A DNA stretch of 64,000 nucleotides from Eledone cirrhosa (Eukaryota): assembly GCA_964016885.1 (NCBI GenBank), contig OZ024742.1, positions 352,594,001 to 352,658,000 of the forward strand, read 5' to 3'. Every line of letters starts with the position of its first letter. Position 1 is the first letter of the stretch. The notes beneath the pieces are model-generated. The model did no database searches and was not told the DNA's origin. It saw only the letters and a program-made list of their open reading frames with translations. The position numbers and the translations under genes are program-made. Shown here piece by piece: positions 12,604 through 24,025 of this stretch.

Positions 12604-13200
12604 GATATATACACACACAAATCTCTCAAATCAACGTACTATCTCAACCCTTGTAATTTTAAACAGACAGTTTTCTGTGTTTAAAACTACATATATTATT
12701 ATAATGCTCCGTATTTATACTTTGAGCTTGTTAGTTACAGGGTATTAACATGAGTTTTTAAGTCTGCCCTTTATTTGAATTGCGGCTCCCTAACTTGGTG
12801 AGCATATAAGTTGAGTGTATTTAGGCTATTATTTCTAGCCAATCCACTCACGCCAGTTTGGAATTCTCGCGCACGAGGTGAAATATTCATTCGTGTAGCT
12901 TTTAGTTTTAGGTGTTTGTCACATTTGATCTTATCTCTCGCTGATGATACCTACGGATTATTTCTTACAAACACAATTCTCAAGGCGAAACAGATTAAAT
13001 CTCTAATCTGTCCGGGAGATGATTGTTTATTGAAACGGTCTGTACATTTTACTCTTTATTCTGTATTTTCCGTTTGCTTCAGGTTAAATCTGCCAAACCA
13101 ACGTGGTATCTCAACCCTCGTAATTTTAAGCACAACATCTACTCTGTTTATTACTACATATAATATTTTATATACACATATATATATATGTAAATAACAA
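12536..13200 (+). mobile_element. Non-coding hammerhead-bearing element (Penelope pLTR/retrozyme-like) with an inverted tail and a partial direct repeat
   Basis: Palindrome 12536-12657 centred on (TA)n; 12619-12665 repeated directly at ~13086-13130; hammerhead between the two repeats. Confidence 0.7.
12933..13020 (+). ncRNA. Type I hammerhead ribozyme
   Basis: atctctcg CTGATGA tacct...aaggc GAAA cagatta(aatctc)taatctg TC cgggagat. 8-bp stem I, 7-bp stem III, GUC site after 13012; base of stem II imperfect. Confidence 0.8.
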
Positions 13201-13221
13201 TGCCATATATATATGTATATG

Positions 13222-13272
<51 letters not shown>

Positions 13273-13408
13273 AGTGTAATTTTCTACACAAAACGAAGGT
13301 TATAGAGAAAATTGAGGTTGGTAATGGCACATGGAATATATAAGAGACAGAATACTTTTTTGTGAAAAAACATAATTTTATAAGGTAAGGAAATAATAAA
13401 GGGTATAA

Positions 13409-13456
13409 AAAATGACCGGTTTCGATGGGTCTGCAAAAGCCATCTTTTCAAATGTT
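13409..13456 (-). ncRNA. Minimal type I hammerhead (U3-A8 variant), inverted copy of 15035-15082
   Basis: Reverse complement of the plus-strand copy. Confidence 0.55.
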
Positions 13457-13686
13457 GATTAATATTAAGAAAAATTAATAATACGAAGAGTTAAAATTTG
13501 AGACTTGAAAATTCAAGTATAAAATTCATTGTGGGATTTCATAGCAGTTTTCATCTAGGTAGCAACAACAGGTTGACTGCTGTGTCCCTTTCTGGTAGTG
13601 AATGAGAAGTTATTTGGGGTGTGGGTTATTTTATAAAGGTCAGATTTAGCAATAGCCAGCTGCTGGTCAGTGAGGGGGTGGAAGCA

Positions 13687-13730
13687 ATATACACACACAT
13701 ATACCTTCATCCACACATACATACACATAC

Positions 13731-13779
<49 letters not shown>

Positions 13780-13848
13780 CACACATACATACACACACAC
13801 ATACATATACATACACACATACACACACACACACATATATATACACAT

Positions 13849-13909
<61 letters not shown>

Positions 13910-13976
13910 TATATATACATACACATACATCCAGATGCACACATACATACGCACACACACACACACACATATATAT

Positions 13977-14043
<67 letters not shown>

Positions 14044-14084
14044 TACACACACACATATATATATACATACACACATACAAACAT

Positions 14085-14115
<31 letters not shown>

Positions 14116-14290
14116 CACACATACACACACATATATATACACACACACACACACACATGCACACACAATACATACATCCACATGCACACACATACTCACA
14201 CACACACACACACACATACATACACCCACACACAGAGAAATGGCCTTCAAATATATATATATATATATATACATACAGACACATATATTT
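13687..14290. repeat. Compound (CA)n/(TA)n microsatellite
   Basis: Read directly from the sequence. Confidence 0.96.
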
Positions 14291-14695
14291 TTTCCATAAT
14301 ATAAGAAGTTGGGGCAGTGAAATTAAAATAATTCTGTGTGCGCATATATATATAGATATACGTGTGTGCACGTGCAGGGTTTAACATGGATGTGTTGGTC
14401 ACACAAAGGCATGGTCTGTCAATGAATAAACCTGATTCTACAGAATTGGTCTCTGGTCTTTAATAGTAGTGATTCCGTGCGTATGTGTGTTTATATTTTA
14501 TGACAATTCTATTGGGGTGATAACCCGTTTAGTTTTGGTTTAAATTTGTTAAGGAATAGATTTTCTTTGTTTATTCTTTGTTGTTGTGTGAACGAATCTG
14601 AGCACTTGTAGAAGGGGAAGATTTTAAAGTTGGGTAGTGTCATTCCTGCGCAGTTCGCAATATGGCTGCTCAAGGGGATTTTTCTTGTGTTAGCG

Positions 14696-14760
<65 letters not shown>

Positions 14761-15034
14761 GTATGTGTATGTATGTGTGGATGAAGGTATATGTGTGTGT
14801 ATATTGCTTCCACCCCCTCACTGACCAGCAGCTGGCTATTGCTAAATCTGACCTTTATAAAATAACCCACACCCCAAATAACTTCTCATTCACTACCAGA
14901 AAGGGACACAGCAGTCAACCTGTTGTTGCTACCTAGATGAAAACTGCTATGAAATCCCACAATGAATTTTATACTTGAATTTTCAAGTCTCAAATTTTAA
15001 CTCTTCGTATTATTAATTTTTCTTAATATTAATC

Positions 15035-15082
15035 AACATTTGAAAAGATGGCTTTTGCAGACCCATCGAAACCGGTCATTTT
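15035..15082 (+). ncRNA. Minimal type I hammerhead (U3-A8 variant)
   Basis: aacat TTGAAAA gatgg(cttttgcagac)ccatc GAAA ccgg TC atttt. Perfect 5-bp stem II, palindromic CCGG stem III, GUC site after 15077, stem I 4/5 paired. Confidence 0.6.
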
Positions 15083-15182
15083 TTATACCCTTTATTATTT
15101 CCTTACCTTATAAAATTATGTTTTTTCACAAAAAAGTATTCTGTCTCTTATATATTCCATGTGCCATTACCAACCTCAATTT

Positions 15183-15279
<97 letters not shown>

Positions 15280-16359
15280 ATATGTTTGTGTGTGTGTGTG
15301 TGTGTGTGTAAAATGTAAAGAGAAATAAAAAACACAATCGGTCCAGTATGGCGTTGTTATTTGACGTTGTTGAAAAGAGCAGTGTCTTTCGACCCGTTAA
15401 TAACAGCTGGAGACATAATTCTTTCTGTACCAAAAACAAGGCACTCACACACTCATGCACACACACAGACGCATGCACAGACATACCTACACACACACAC
15501 ACAAGTTTGTGTGTGTGTGTGTATGTGTGTATATCTGTGTGCGTGTATATATATATGTGTGTGTGTTTGTGTATATATAAGGGATACGTATATTGTTTGC
15601 TCACTATCACCTAGCATCTCAATTCATTCGTTGCAACTAAGTTTGTGATCGAGGCACTTTATTTTCCCTTTAGTTTGTGATTCAAGAGAAAGGTAAGAAA
15701 TTCTTCATATTTTGCATCTTTTGTATTTTGAATTTACCGTTTGAATTGTAGAATTGTCTATCTACTCAAAATATTGCGACAGCTAACAGTGAAATATAGA
15801 ATTAAAAAAAAAAGCTTTTTCGACTGAGATCAACTATTTTAGAACATTTACGTCTATTTTTCAAAAATATATAATTTGAAACACTTTTGGACTATCACTT
15901 TTTTAAAGATCTATTTAGAGATTCTAACATAACTTGATTTTGCCCATTAATCTACTATAATCAAAATAAGTAGTATATTGAAAAATGGAAAAATAGGGGG
16001 GGGGGAGGCGTTTAGTGATTTCGACGGGGAAAAGGGGGCGTTTGGCCGAAATGGATCGAGTACCTGTTCTCTAAAGTTATGATATATGCATTTGAATAAA
16101 TTATAAACACATGTTTGTTGATTATGAAATATTGTACAAAGTGAAAATAAAAATGTGTTGAACAATAAATGTTTCAATGATATCAATCATCAGACACAAC
16201 AATGTATCTCTCATACGATGATATTGTATGATATAAAGATAATTCCTATGTACTTTGTAACAGAGAAATAATAGCTGATATTTTATGTCATTTTCTAATA
16301 ATTTGCTTGAAAAAGGTCTGTATACTTAAAGAATATTAATACAGTTAATACATTCTCCC

Positions 16360-16903
16360 TCCTCTTCTTCTTCTTCTTCTTCTTCTTCTTCTTCTTCTTC
16401 TTCTTCTTCTTCTTCTTCTTCTTTTTCTTTTTCTTCTTCTTCTTCTTCTTCTTCTTCTTCTTCTTCTTCTTCTTCTTCTTCTTCTTCTTCTTCTTCTTCT
16501 TCAGGATCATCATCATCATCATCATCCTCTTTTTTTTCTTCACCATAATCTGCTTCTTTTTCTTCCTCTCCTCCCCCTCCTCCTCCTCCTTCTTCTTCTT
16601 CTTCATTTTCTTTTTCCTTTTCTTTTTCTTTGTCTCTTTCTTTTTCTTTTTCTTTTTCTTTTTCTTTTTCTTTTTCTTTTTCCTTTTCCTTTTCCTTTTG
16701 CTTTTCCTTTTCCTTTTCCTTTTCCTTTTCTTTTTCTTCTTCTTCTTCTTCTTCTTCTTCTTCTTCTTTTTCTTCTTCTTCTTCTTCTTCTTCTTCTTCT
16801 TCTTCTTCTTCTTCTTCTTCTTCTTTTTCTTCTTCCCCATCGTCATCATCATCATTATCATCCGCTTCATCATTGTCATCATCATCATCATCGACATCAT
16901 CAT

Positions 16904-16934
<31 letters not shown>

Positions 16935-17110
16935 TTCTTGTTCTTCTTCTTCTTCTTCTACTTCTGCATCTTCTCCTTCTTCTTCTTCTTGTTCTTCTTG
17001 TTCTTCTTCGTATTCTTCTTCTTCTTCTTCTTCTTCTTCTTCTTTTTCTTCTTCTTCTTCTTCTTCTTCTTCTTCTTCTTCTTCTTCTTCTTCTTCTTCT
17101 TCTTCTTCAC
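16360..17110. repeat. Compound (TTC)n/(TCA)n/(TTTTTC)n microsatellite
   Basis: Read directly; it explains the poly-E/K/F/S ORFs in the track. Confidence 0.96.
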
Positions 17111-17199
17111 CATCTTCTATAATCTGATACACACAAACACCTGGAAATCAAATATACTAAAATAAATATCGAAAAAAATACAAAAATAAAATACAAAAA

Positions 17200-18330
17200 A
17201 GCACAATATTAATTGTCATTGAAATATTTCAGACAGCAAACCATTTAGAAACATTGATCAACATGAAAATATTAGAAAATATAATATAAAAGGGACATTA
17301 TTGAACCAGAGCAAATCCGAAAATCACAAATATGTATAAAGATATAATGGAGCTTATGATAAGAAAACCACCAATTTCACTCAAAATCAAAATGCTTCTA
17401 TCAGGTACGTAATCGAAGCAAAATAAAAGTATATGAAGCTTCAAAATAAAACAAAAGGCGGAAGAGCTGATGGGGGAGGGGAGTCAGAGAAATCGCCACT
17501 CATAGGATTGGTAAGAAGAAAATATACAAACACTGAACATTTAGGGGCAAACACCACAATAGAAGTATCTAAAACACTGAAATCAAATGCAACTTGAAAG
17601 TACTGGAACATGACAAAATCACGGATTCTGGTTGAAATATTTAACAGGGACAGATGGTATGTTTACAAAAATATTTAGCGAGATTTTGATGGGGCTAAAA
17701 ACTATACATTACAAAAGGTAAATTCATCCTCTTCTCTACGAATGATGACAATTCAATCATACGAAATTATAGACACAATGCATGCATTCTTACCACCTAC
17801 AATTCGTTGACCACTACAATATCACAGAAATTGGCAAAGCACTTGGAATAAATAACCTTCCACCAGAAGAGCGGAAATGATACTACAAAAGCTAATATGA
17901 GAGGAAAGATAATATAGTAAGCAACAAAACCTTATCGTAAATGTGCAGAAAATATAATCTAAAACTCAGCAGGGTATACATTTGTTACCAGAAAGCTTTT
18001 AACCGAGTTTCCTAAGAATGGATACTGAACACGCTAGCTATAAACATAATAGAGCCAACGATAAATACATACATTAAACATCCCTTGAGTTAATGGCAAG
18101 ATTTTCTCCAGATACAAACATAAGATTGATATACATAAAGCCTGAGCCCATCCCAATTAACAGAGGGGCATATCACGAGGACAACCTTTCACTACTCCTC
18201 TTGTGCTTAACTTTGCTACCATTATCTGAGATAATAAACAGGATTGGACATGGTTGTAAAACTAGTTGCAAGAGGATCAGCCATCCCTTGCACTTGGTCG
18301 AGCTACGGCTATAGGTACCAAATGAAACAC
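17200..18330 (+). mobile_element. Ancient, heavily decayed R4/Dong-like RT relic (third family)
   Basis: Ordered motif remnants G.DKI..FWLK, NYR, YQKAF..V..WI, INRGAYHEDNLSLLLLC, ISHPLHLVELRL, collinear with the RT of families X and Y. Confidence 0.7.
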
Positions 18331-18833
18331 TACTTGAAGCACTGCCTCAGTCAGTATAACATTTGATACAATAAATAAACATACAATTCGGGTGTAAATC
18401 TGCGTATTTGTTTCAAATAATGTAACATAACTCGAGATAATGAAACTGACGAAAGAGAAATTGAACACCGGAATAAACATATCTAGAAAGGGATTTATAT
18501 CATTTTTAGTTTGGGTCCTTATACCTGATAGTAAACCTCATGAATTCAAACTAAAATTAGGAAAATAACACAAGTACTTGTTCTCATATATAAATGTGTG
18601 TATTTACGAAGTTTATTAATCTAATAACTTATAGATAAGTGCAACATTGTTGTTAATATTCCTGTTAAACGTGTAGCGGTAGGCTGCTTAAATACCATGA
18701 CGAAGCACGAATGAGCTAATATCATTAATAAAGAGTAAATAAAATATGATATATATCTATATAACAAGTGTGGTAAGAAACTAGGTGGACCATTATGCAC
18801 CAGAGTACTCGATACTTAGGGTAGTAGAGTGGG

Positions 18834-18893
<60 letters not shown>

Positions 18894-18920
18894 ACTAGAA
18901 CTTGATTGGCATATATAAAA

Positions 18921-19421
18921 TATATTTAAAACAAACACATGAAACAATCACAGGGGATAATTTGGAAAGTGTGTAATCACACACAGCTAGGTAGGAAACT
19001 AATTAAAGTTTAACTAGAGCTTCAAATATTACCTTTTATGAAATGATTAATCCTCCTTGTATATATTTCATTAAATAAATATATTTCACTAAAAATCCGT
19101 AAAGTCACAGTAATTAAATCTTAGATTATCAGCAAGGAGGAAGAAATAACTGTCTGTGTTTACACATCAAATGCAAATCTGCGAGTGACCCGTCGCACGT
19201 GCTGCAATTCTAAAACTACTAACAACATGCTAGCGTCCTCCCATTGGCGTGAATATGGTGGTCGACAGCTTTAAATAGCAGCCAAGTCCTTTCAACCGAT
19301 TTAGCTCTACAATTAAGGCAATATTTGAAGCTCTAGTTAAACTGTAATTAGTTACCTACCTAGCTGTGTGTGATTACACACTTTACAAATTATCCCCTGT
19401 GTTTGTTTAATGTGTTTATTT

Positions 19422-19430
<9 letters not shown>
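18921..19430 (-). mobile_element. Non-coding element with ~115 bp inverted ends and a central hammerhead, in (TA)n context
   Basis: 18921-19035 is the reverse complement of ~19315-19430; hammerhead at 19052-19140. Confidence 0.75.
19052..19140 (-). ncRNA. Type I hammerhead ribozyme with G8A core change
   Basis: Minus strand: cctccttg CTGATAA t ctaaga...ttttag t GAAA tatattt(atttaatg)aaatata TA caaggagg. Stems of 8, 6 and 7 bp. Confidence 0.7.
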
Positions 19431-19506
<76 letters not shown>

Positions 19507-19513
<7 letters not shown>

Positions 19514-20488
19514 AAATGTAATCCTGGTATGTGTATATGCATTTCTTCTAACATTAATTTTATACCTAATTGTGCATGGTTGACGGTATATTTAATCGAT
19601 TTTCACGTGCTGTTGAAATATTCGATATATATTCTATGGCGGTTGGCCGCTAAGAGATTGCTGTCGTTTATTTATCCACTATTTCTTCATAGGTACCTTT
19701 TAATCTTATAGCCTGGTCTGATTGGTTTTTGTGACGTTAATTATGCTAATTGGGAGAGGAAATGGTGTATATATATTATCAAATGATTCTATGGACATAC
19801 TTTATAGTATATTGCTCTGAATATTTAATTTATTAATTCATCATTGAGTCACATCGTGAATAGTTGCCAAAACACATATATATCTGTGACTTTGTCTTGT
19901 TTATGTATATGTACATCTTTTTATTTAATAAACTCCCATAAGGTTGAGATGCAATTTGGGCAATATTGGGCTGCGCTTTCTAGCAACCAGCCCACTCACC
20001 GTAAGCAACCAATCACATTCTTTCTGACTTGACCACTGCTACGTCAGAATTCTTAGCCATTTTGAATTCGTTTCTGACGGAGATAACTTAAAAAAATCAT
20101 TTGTCCAAACGAGTTTATTTCCTGATGAGTTCGAAGCTCGGGATTTTATCCTTAATAGAATATTTCCAAATGCGACGAAACCCGAGGGTAGAAACGTAAT
20201 CCTGGTATGTGTATATGCATTTCTTCTAACTTTAATTGTATACCTAATTGCGTATGATTGACGGTATATTTAATCGATTTCCACGTGCTGTTGAAATGTT
20301 GGGTAAATTATATGGCGGTTGGCTGCGAAGAGATTGGTGTCGTTTATTTATCCACTATTTCTTCATAGGTGCCTTAATCTTATAGCCTGGTCTAATTGAT
20401 TTTTTGTGTGGTTAATTATGCTAATTGGGAGAGGAAAAGGTGTATATATATTATCAAATGATTCTATGGACATACTGTATAGTATATA
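19507..20488 (+). mobile_element. Retrozyme/Penelope pLTR-like element: ~305 bp direct repeats (period 678 bp) with a hammerhead at the repeat boundary, between (TA)n tracts
   Basis: agggtagaaa.gtaatcctggtatgtg...ggacatact.tatagtatat at 19507-19811 and 20185-20488. Confidence 0.8.
20118..20194 (+). ncRNA. Minimal type I hammerhead ribozyme with intact core
   Basis: tttc CTGATGA gttcg...cgac GAAA cccgaggg TA gaaa; GUA site after 20190. Confidence 0.75.
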
Positions 20489-20534
20489 TATATATATATA
20501 TATATACATATGTATAAATATGAATGCATGTATG

Positions 20535-20669
<135 letters not shown>

Positions 20670-21802
20670 ATAAGCTATCGTAACGACCGGAGCTCAGCCA
20701 TCGGGACCTTGACTCTTTTCCTATAAATATATATATATATATGTGTGTGTCTGTGTGTATGTGTGATTATATAATCATTCATATATTTGCAGACAGTTTA
20801 TATGGGTATGAATACATCAAGTATGAAGAGGTAGTGTCTATAAAATGTTATCTCATCAAAACTTACTGAGGGTGATTCAATTAAATGGCCTTATCTCAGG
20901 CTGTTTTTAAATCACATATCATTAGTAGTGGTTACGGTTTGAATAATAAATGTATATATTATAGAAGAAGTCAGTACAAGTCCTTAAGTCCCATATAATA
21001 AACATGTTTTAACTGATGCAACATTAACACCAGTATAGAAGTAACCTCCTATACTGACATATTCACCACCACAGTTACAATCACAATGATTTAAGGACTA
21101 AGAACAACGCACTTGAAAGAAATAGTACAAAAGGAATTTGCAAACAATGAATACAAGGCATTGGCACTATAAATATTAAGAAAGTATATCGCTAAGATAC
21201 TTTCAAAGAAAGCAATGAAAATATTGGAAAAACAATACGAAATCGCAGAATAAGTATATAATGGTGAAAAAAAACATAGACTCAAAGAATATAGGAATTG
21301 CTGAATATGAAAAAAGATCTAAGAGAAACATGTTATAAAGCTGGAAATTTTGAATATAACAATAATCTAAGGATGGGAATATTTAACGCAATAAAATCGA
21401 TTGGAAATATGCACATGAACCAAGTAAAATCTTTTAGAGATAAAATGAAAATTTGTAGTTGCAGCATCAATAAATAAAGATGAACACGACCATTGTTGAT
21501 AGAGAAGAACGAGCCACTAGTTAGAGTATTACGAGGATTCAGAAAATATGTTACACCAATGAGACTGTAGACAAAATATATAGTAAATGCTTATGTACTA
21601 TATATGTAAACGTGTGTAAAATTGGATCTAACCACAAATAAAATGCAAATTCACATTTTGTAGTAATACCCAACACATAATGCATATGAACATTGCATCA
21701 ATTCGATGACATTTTAAGATTTTATTGCGTTAAATATTCCCATCCTTAGATTATTGTTATATTCAAAATGTCATCTACCTTCTCGTGCATGATACAAATT
21801 AA

Positions 21803-22690
21803 GGCTTTTGACAGGGTTGATCAAATCATTTTACTTAAAAAAACTACCCAACATTGGTGTACCTGGAAAGTTACTGCAATGCATTAAGTGTTACCTGACA
21901 GGTAGAGACCAAAATGTAGTCGAAGGAGTAAAATCAAGCCAAGCCAAATTCAGTACTGGTGTTCCACAAGGCACTGTGTTGGGCCCACTTCTTTTCATTA
22001 TTTATATAAATTATAGGGCGGTAGATTAGCAGTATTGGTAGAGGGTTGGACGCCATGCTTTCCAGCATAGTTACGTCCCTTTACGATCTGATTTCAAATC
22101 CCGTCGAGGTTGACTTTGCCTTTCATCCTTACGTGGTCGATAAAATACAGTACCAGTAATGCACTGGGTAATTGCTGGCCTTGTGCCTAAAGTAGAAACA
22201 ATTATTTATATAAATGATGTTACTGACATCATCAAACACAGAAACCGACGTATCTCTGCAGATGTTTCCAAGCACCAGAAAGTCATCAATGGATTGGATC
22301 ACTAGAAATGCCTTCAATCTGATCTACTTGTTGTTATCGAATGGGCAACAGGACCAATTCTATTAATTTTAGAAAATAGAAACTTCCGACGATGTCATGG
22401 TTTATATTATATACACACATCCCCTACAAATACATTATACGTTCTCATAGAGTCAGCCGGTATATCTCTGTCAATGATGGCACGATTAAAACCCGAATAA
22501 ACAGGACTATGGAATCTATGGACAAGGTTTCATCGGCTGGGACTAACAACGATAACTCTTAGAATTCAAGAATACTCTTCTAATCTAACTCTTAGAATTA
22601 CATTACTTAATAAGGAATTCTCTTTAAGGGGACTTGTTCATCCTTACAAGCATTGTACGGTATTATATATTTGAGGCTATAAATGTTGTA
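21803..22690 (+). mobile_element. 5'-truncated CR1/Jockey-group LINE fragment with a 23-bp target-site duplication
   Basis: KAFDRVD, YLTGRDQ, GVPQGTVLGPLLFIIYIN(D); ttctcgtgcatgatacaaattaa at 21780-21802 and 22691-22713. Confidence 0.8.
22012..22200 (+). mobile_element. tRNA-derived SINE inserted in the LINE fragment, 15-bp TSD
   Basis: B-box-like tttcaaatccc; attatttatataaat at 21997-22011 and 22201-22215; it interrupts the IYIN|D motif. Confidence 0.85.
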
Positions 22691-24025
22691 TTCTCGTGCA
22701 TGATACAAATTAATTTACTATTTTTATAACATAGTTATTTCAATTCTTCATTTATACTGACATATTATATATGTAAATATATAACATTCCATATATTGCC
22801 TTACAAATGTGAAATTCCCATATGATTCTCTGATATAAAATGCATCCTCCTCTATATTCTATTATTAGTAGGGATATGAATTATGGATACATTTGGATAG
22901 AGGTAATCTATTCACTTCCCTACATATTCCGAAATACGCTTGTAGCGTGGCAATGTCGTCAGATAATGTTATTTCTTCGTTATATAGATATTGCATGATT
23001 TAAACAAATTTGTACAGCCATATCACATAGTTGATAAAATCTGTTTCTCTTTCACTATATTCGCAATGATATTTCAATGCATTATTTACGATCCACAACT
23101 ATAACACATAGAAAATATGTTGTATGCCTTTATCTGTAGATTATTTTAAGATCGTGGAAGTCATTGAATTCTTTCATTGCACTTCTTTTATACGATGGGC
23201 GATATCCTTCATCAAATTTTCTAGGAGGTTTTGAACATATTGATTATAGAACTTCATCGATTCTCTGTATATATCTGAACGCATACGACTGTGAGATACT
23301 CGATTCGTAGGATATTTAAAATATAATATTCTGTCAACTTGACGTCTAATTCTGGTCAACTAGTGTGGTGCCGGAGTGTCGTCACTGCCATTTAAACTCA
23401 GAACGTCAATATCCAATACAAATAACGCTATTAATCAGTCAGATGATTACAAAATAACAAAATAAATAATCGCCTAGCAATCCACTCTAAATTATATCAA
23501 ATACATTTTCAGAATCGTCAACATTTTTGATATTGATTAAATATCTTAATCTTTAACCAAGAGTATATGTCTATAATTAATTTATTGGTATCTCAACAGC
23601 ACATTCCAGGAAAAAGTAGATTATGTTGTCATCCATTAGCTATGATCATGCTTCTCAATTTAACAGTGGAAGTTTGTGGTATCTTTGGCCTTATTCACCA
23701 CAATCACCAATGTGAACCTCATCATCTGAAATGACTCTTCCAGCGCCTCTCCCTCACCATCCTCTGGTGGATCGATTTCTCTATTCTTCCCATCATGGCC
23801 GCAGGAAAACAAGCTTGTGGACTACCATTTGCTTATAATAGTAACATATTGGAAGAGCAAGAGAGATGGTGGCAGTGACAATGGTTATTTGATTCCATTA
23901 TGTTAAGGCCTAATGAGAAACTGTTTATGTTTCAGTGTGTAATACTAATAATAAATTGTTATTCATTCTCTTAAAACAGCCTTAGTATATATTTGTTTCC
24001 CCGAAGTAAACCTACTTGAAGCTTA

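Larger units (their letters stand above)
13300..15190. repeat. ~440 bp near-identical inverted repeat pair (13300-13740 / 14752-15190), each arm carrying a hammerhead fold
   Basis: tatagagaaaattgaggttgg...catacatacacatac at the left is reverse-complemented at the right. The spacer is CA/TA microsatellite plus ~400 bp of unique DNA. Confidence 0.92.

Noticed and set aside
13555-14384. YI/CV/HT-repeat ORFs of 150-240 aa (also near 10.9 and 15.2 kb)
   Set aside because: Dinucleotide repeats that lack stop codons.
16157-16197. Minus-strand CTGATGA ttgatatcatt GAAAC..GTT hammerhead-like string
   Set aside because: Stem I is out of register and stem II marginal, with no associated terminal repeat. 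It could be a relic but is not supportable.
16295-17165. Long poly-Glu/Asp, poly-Lys and poly-Phe ORFs
   Set aside because: These are translations of (TTC)n/(TCA)n microsatellite, open in several frames on both strands.
20760-23830. Coding-like AT-rich segments, including a VPYN string reminiscent of Helitron Rep and ORF 23174-23359
   Set aside because: Many stops and no further diagnostic motifs; I cannot assign a gene or element.
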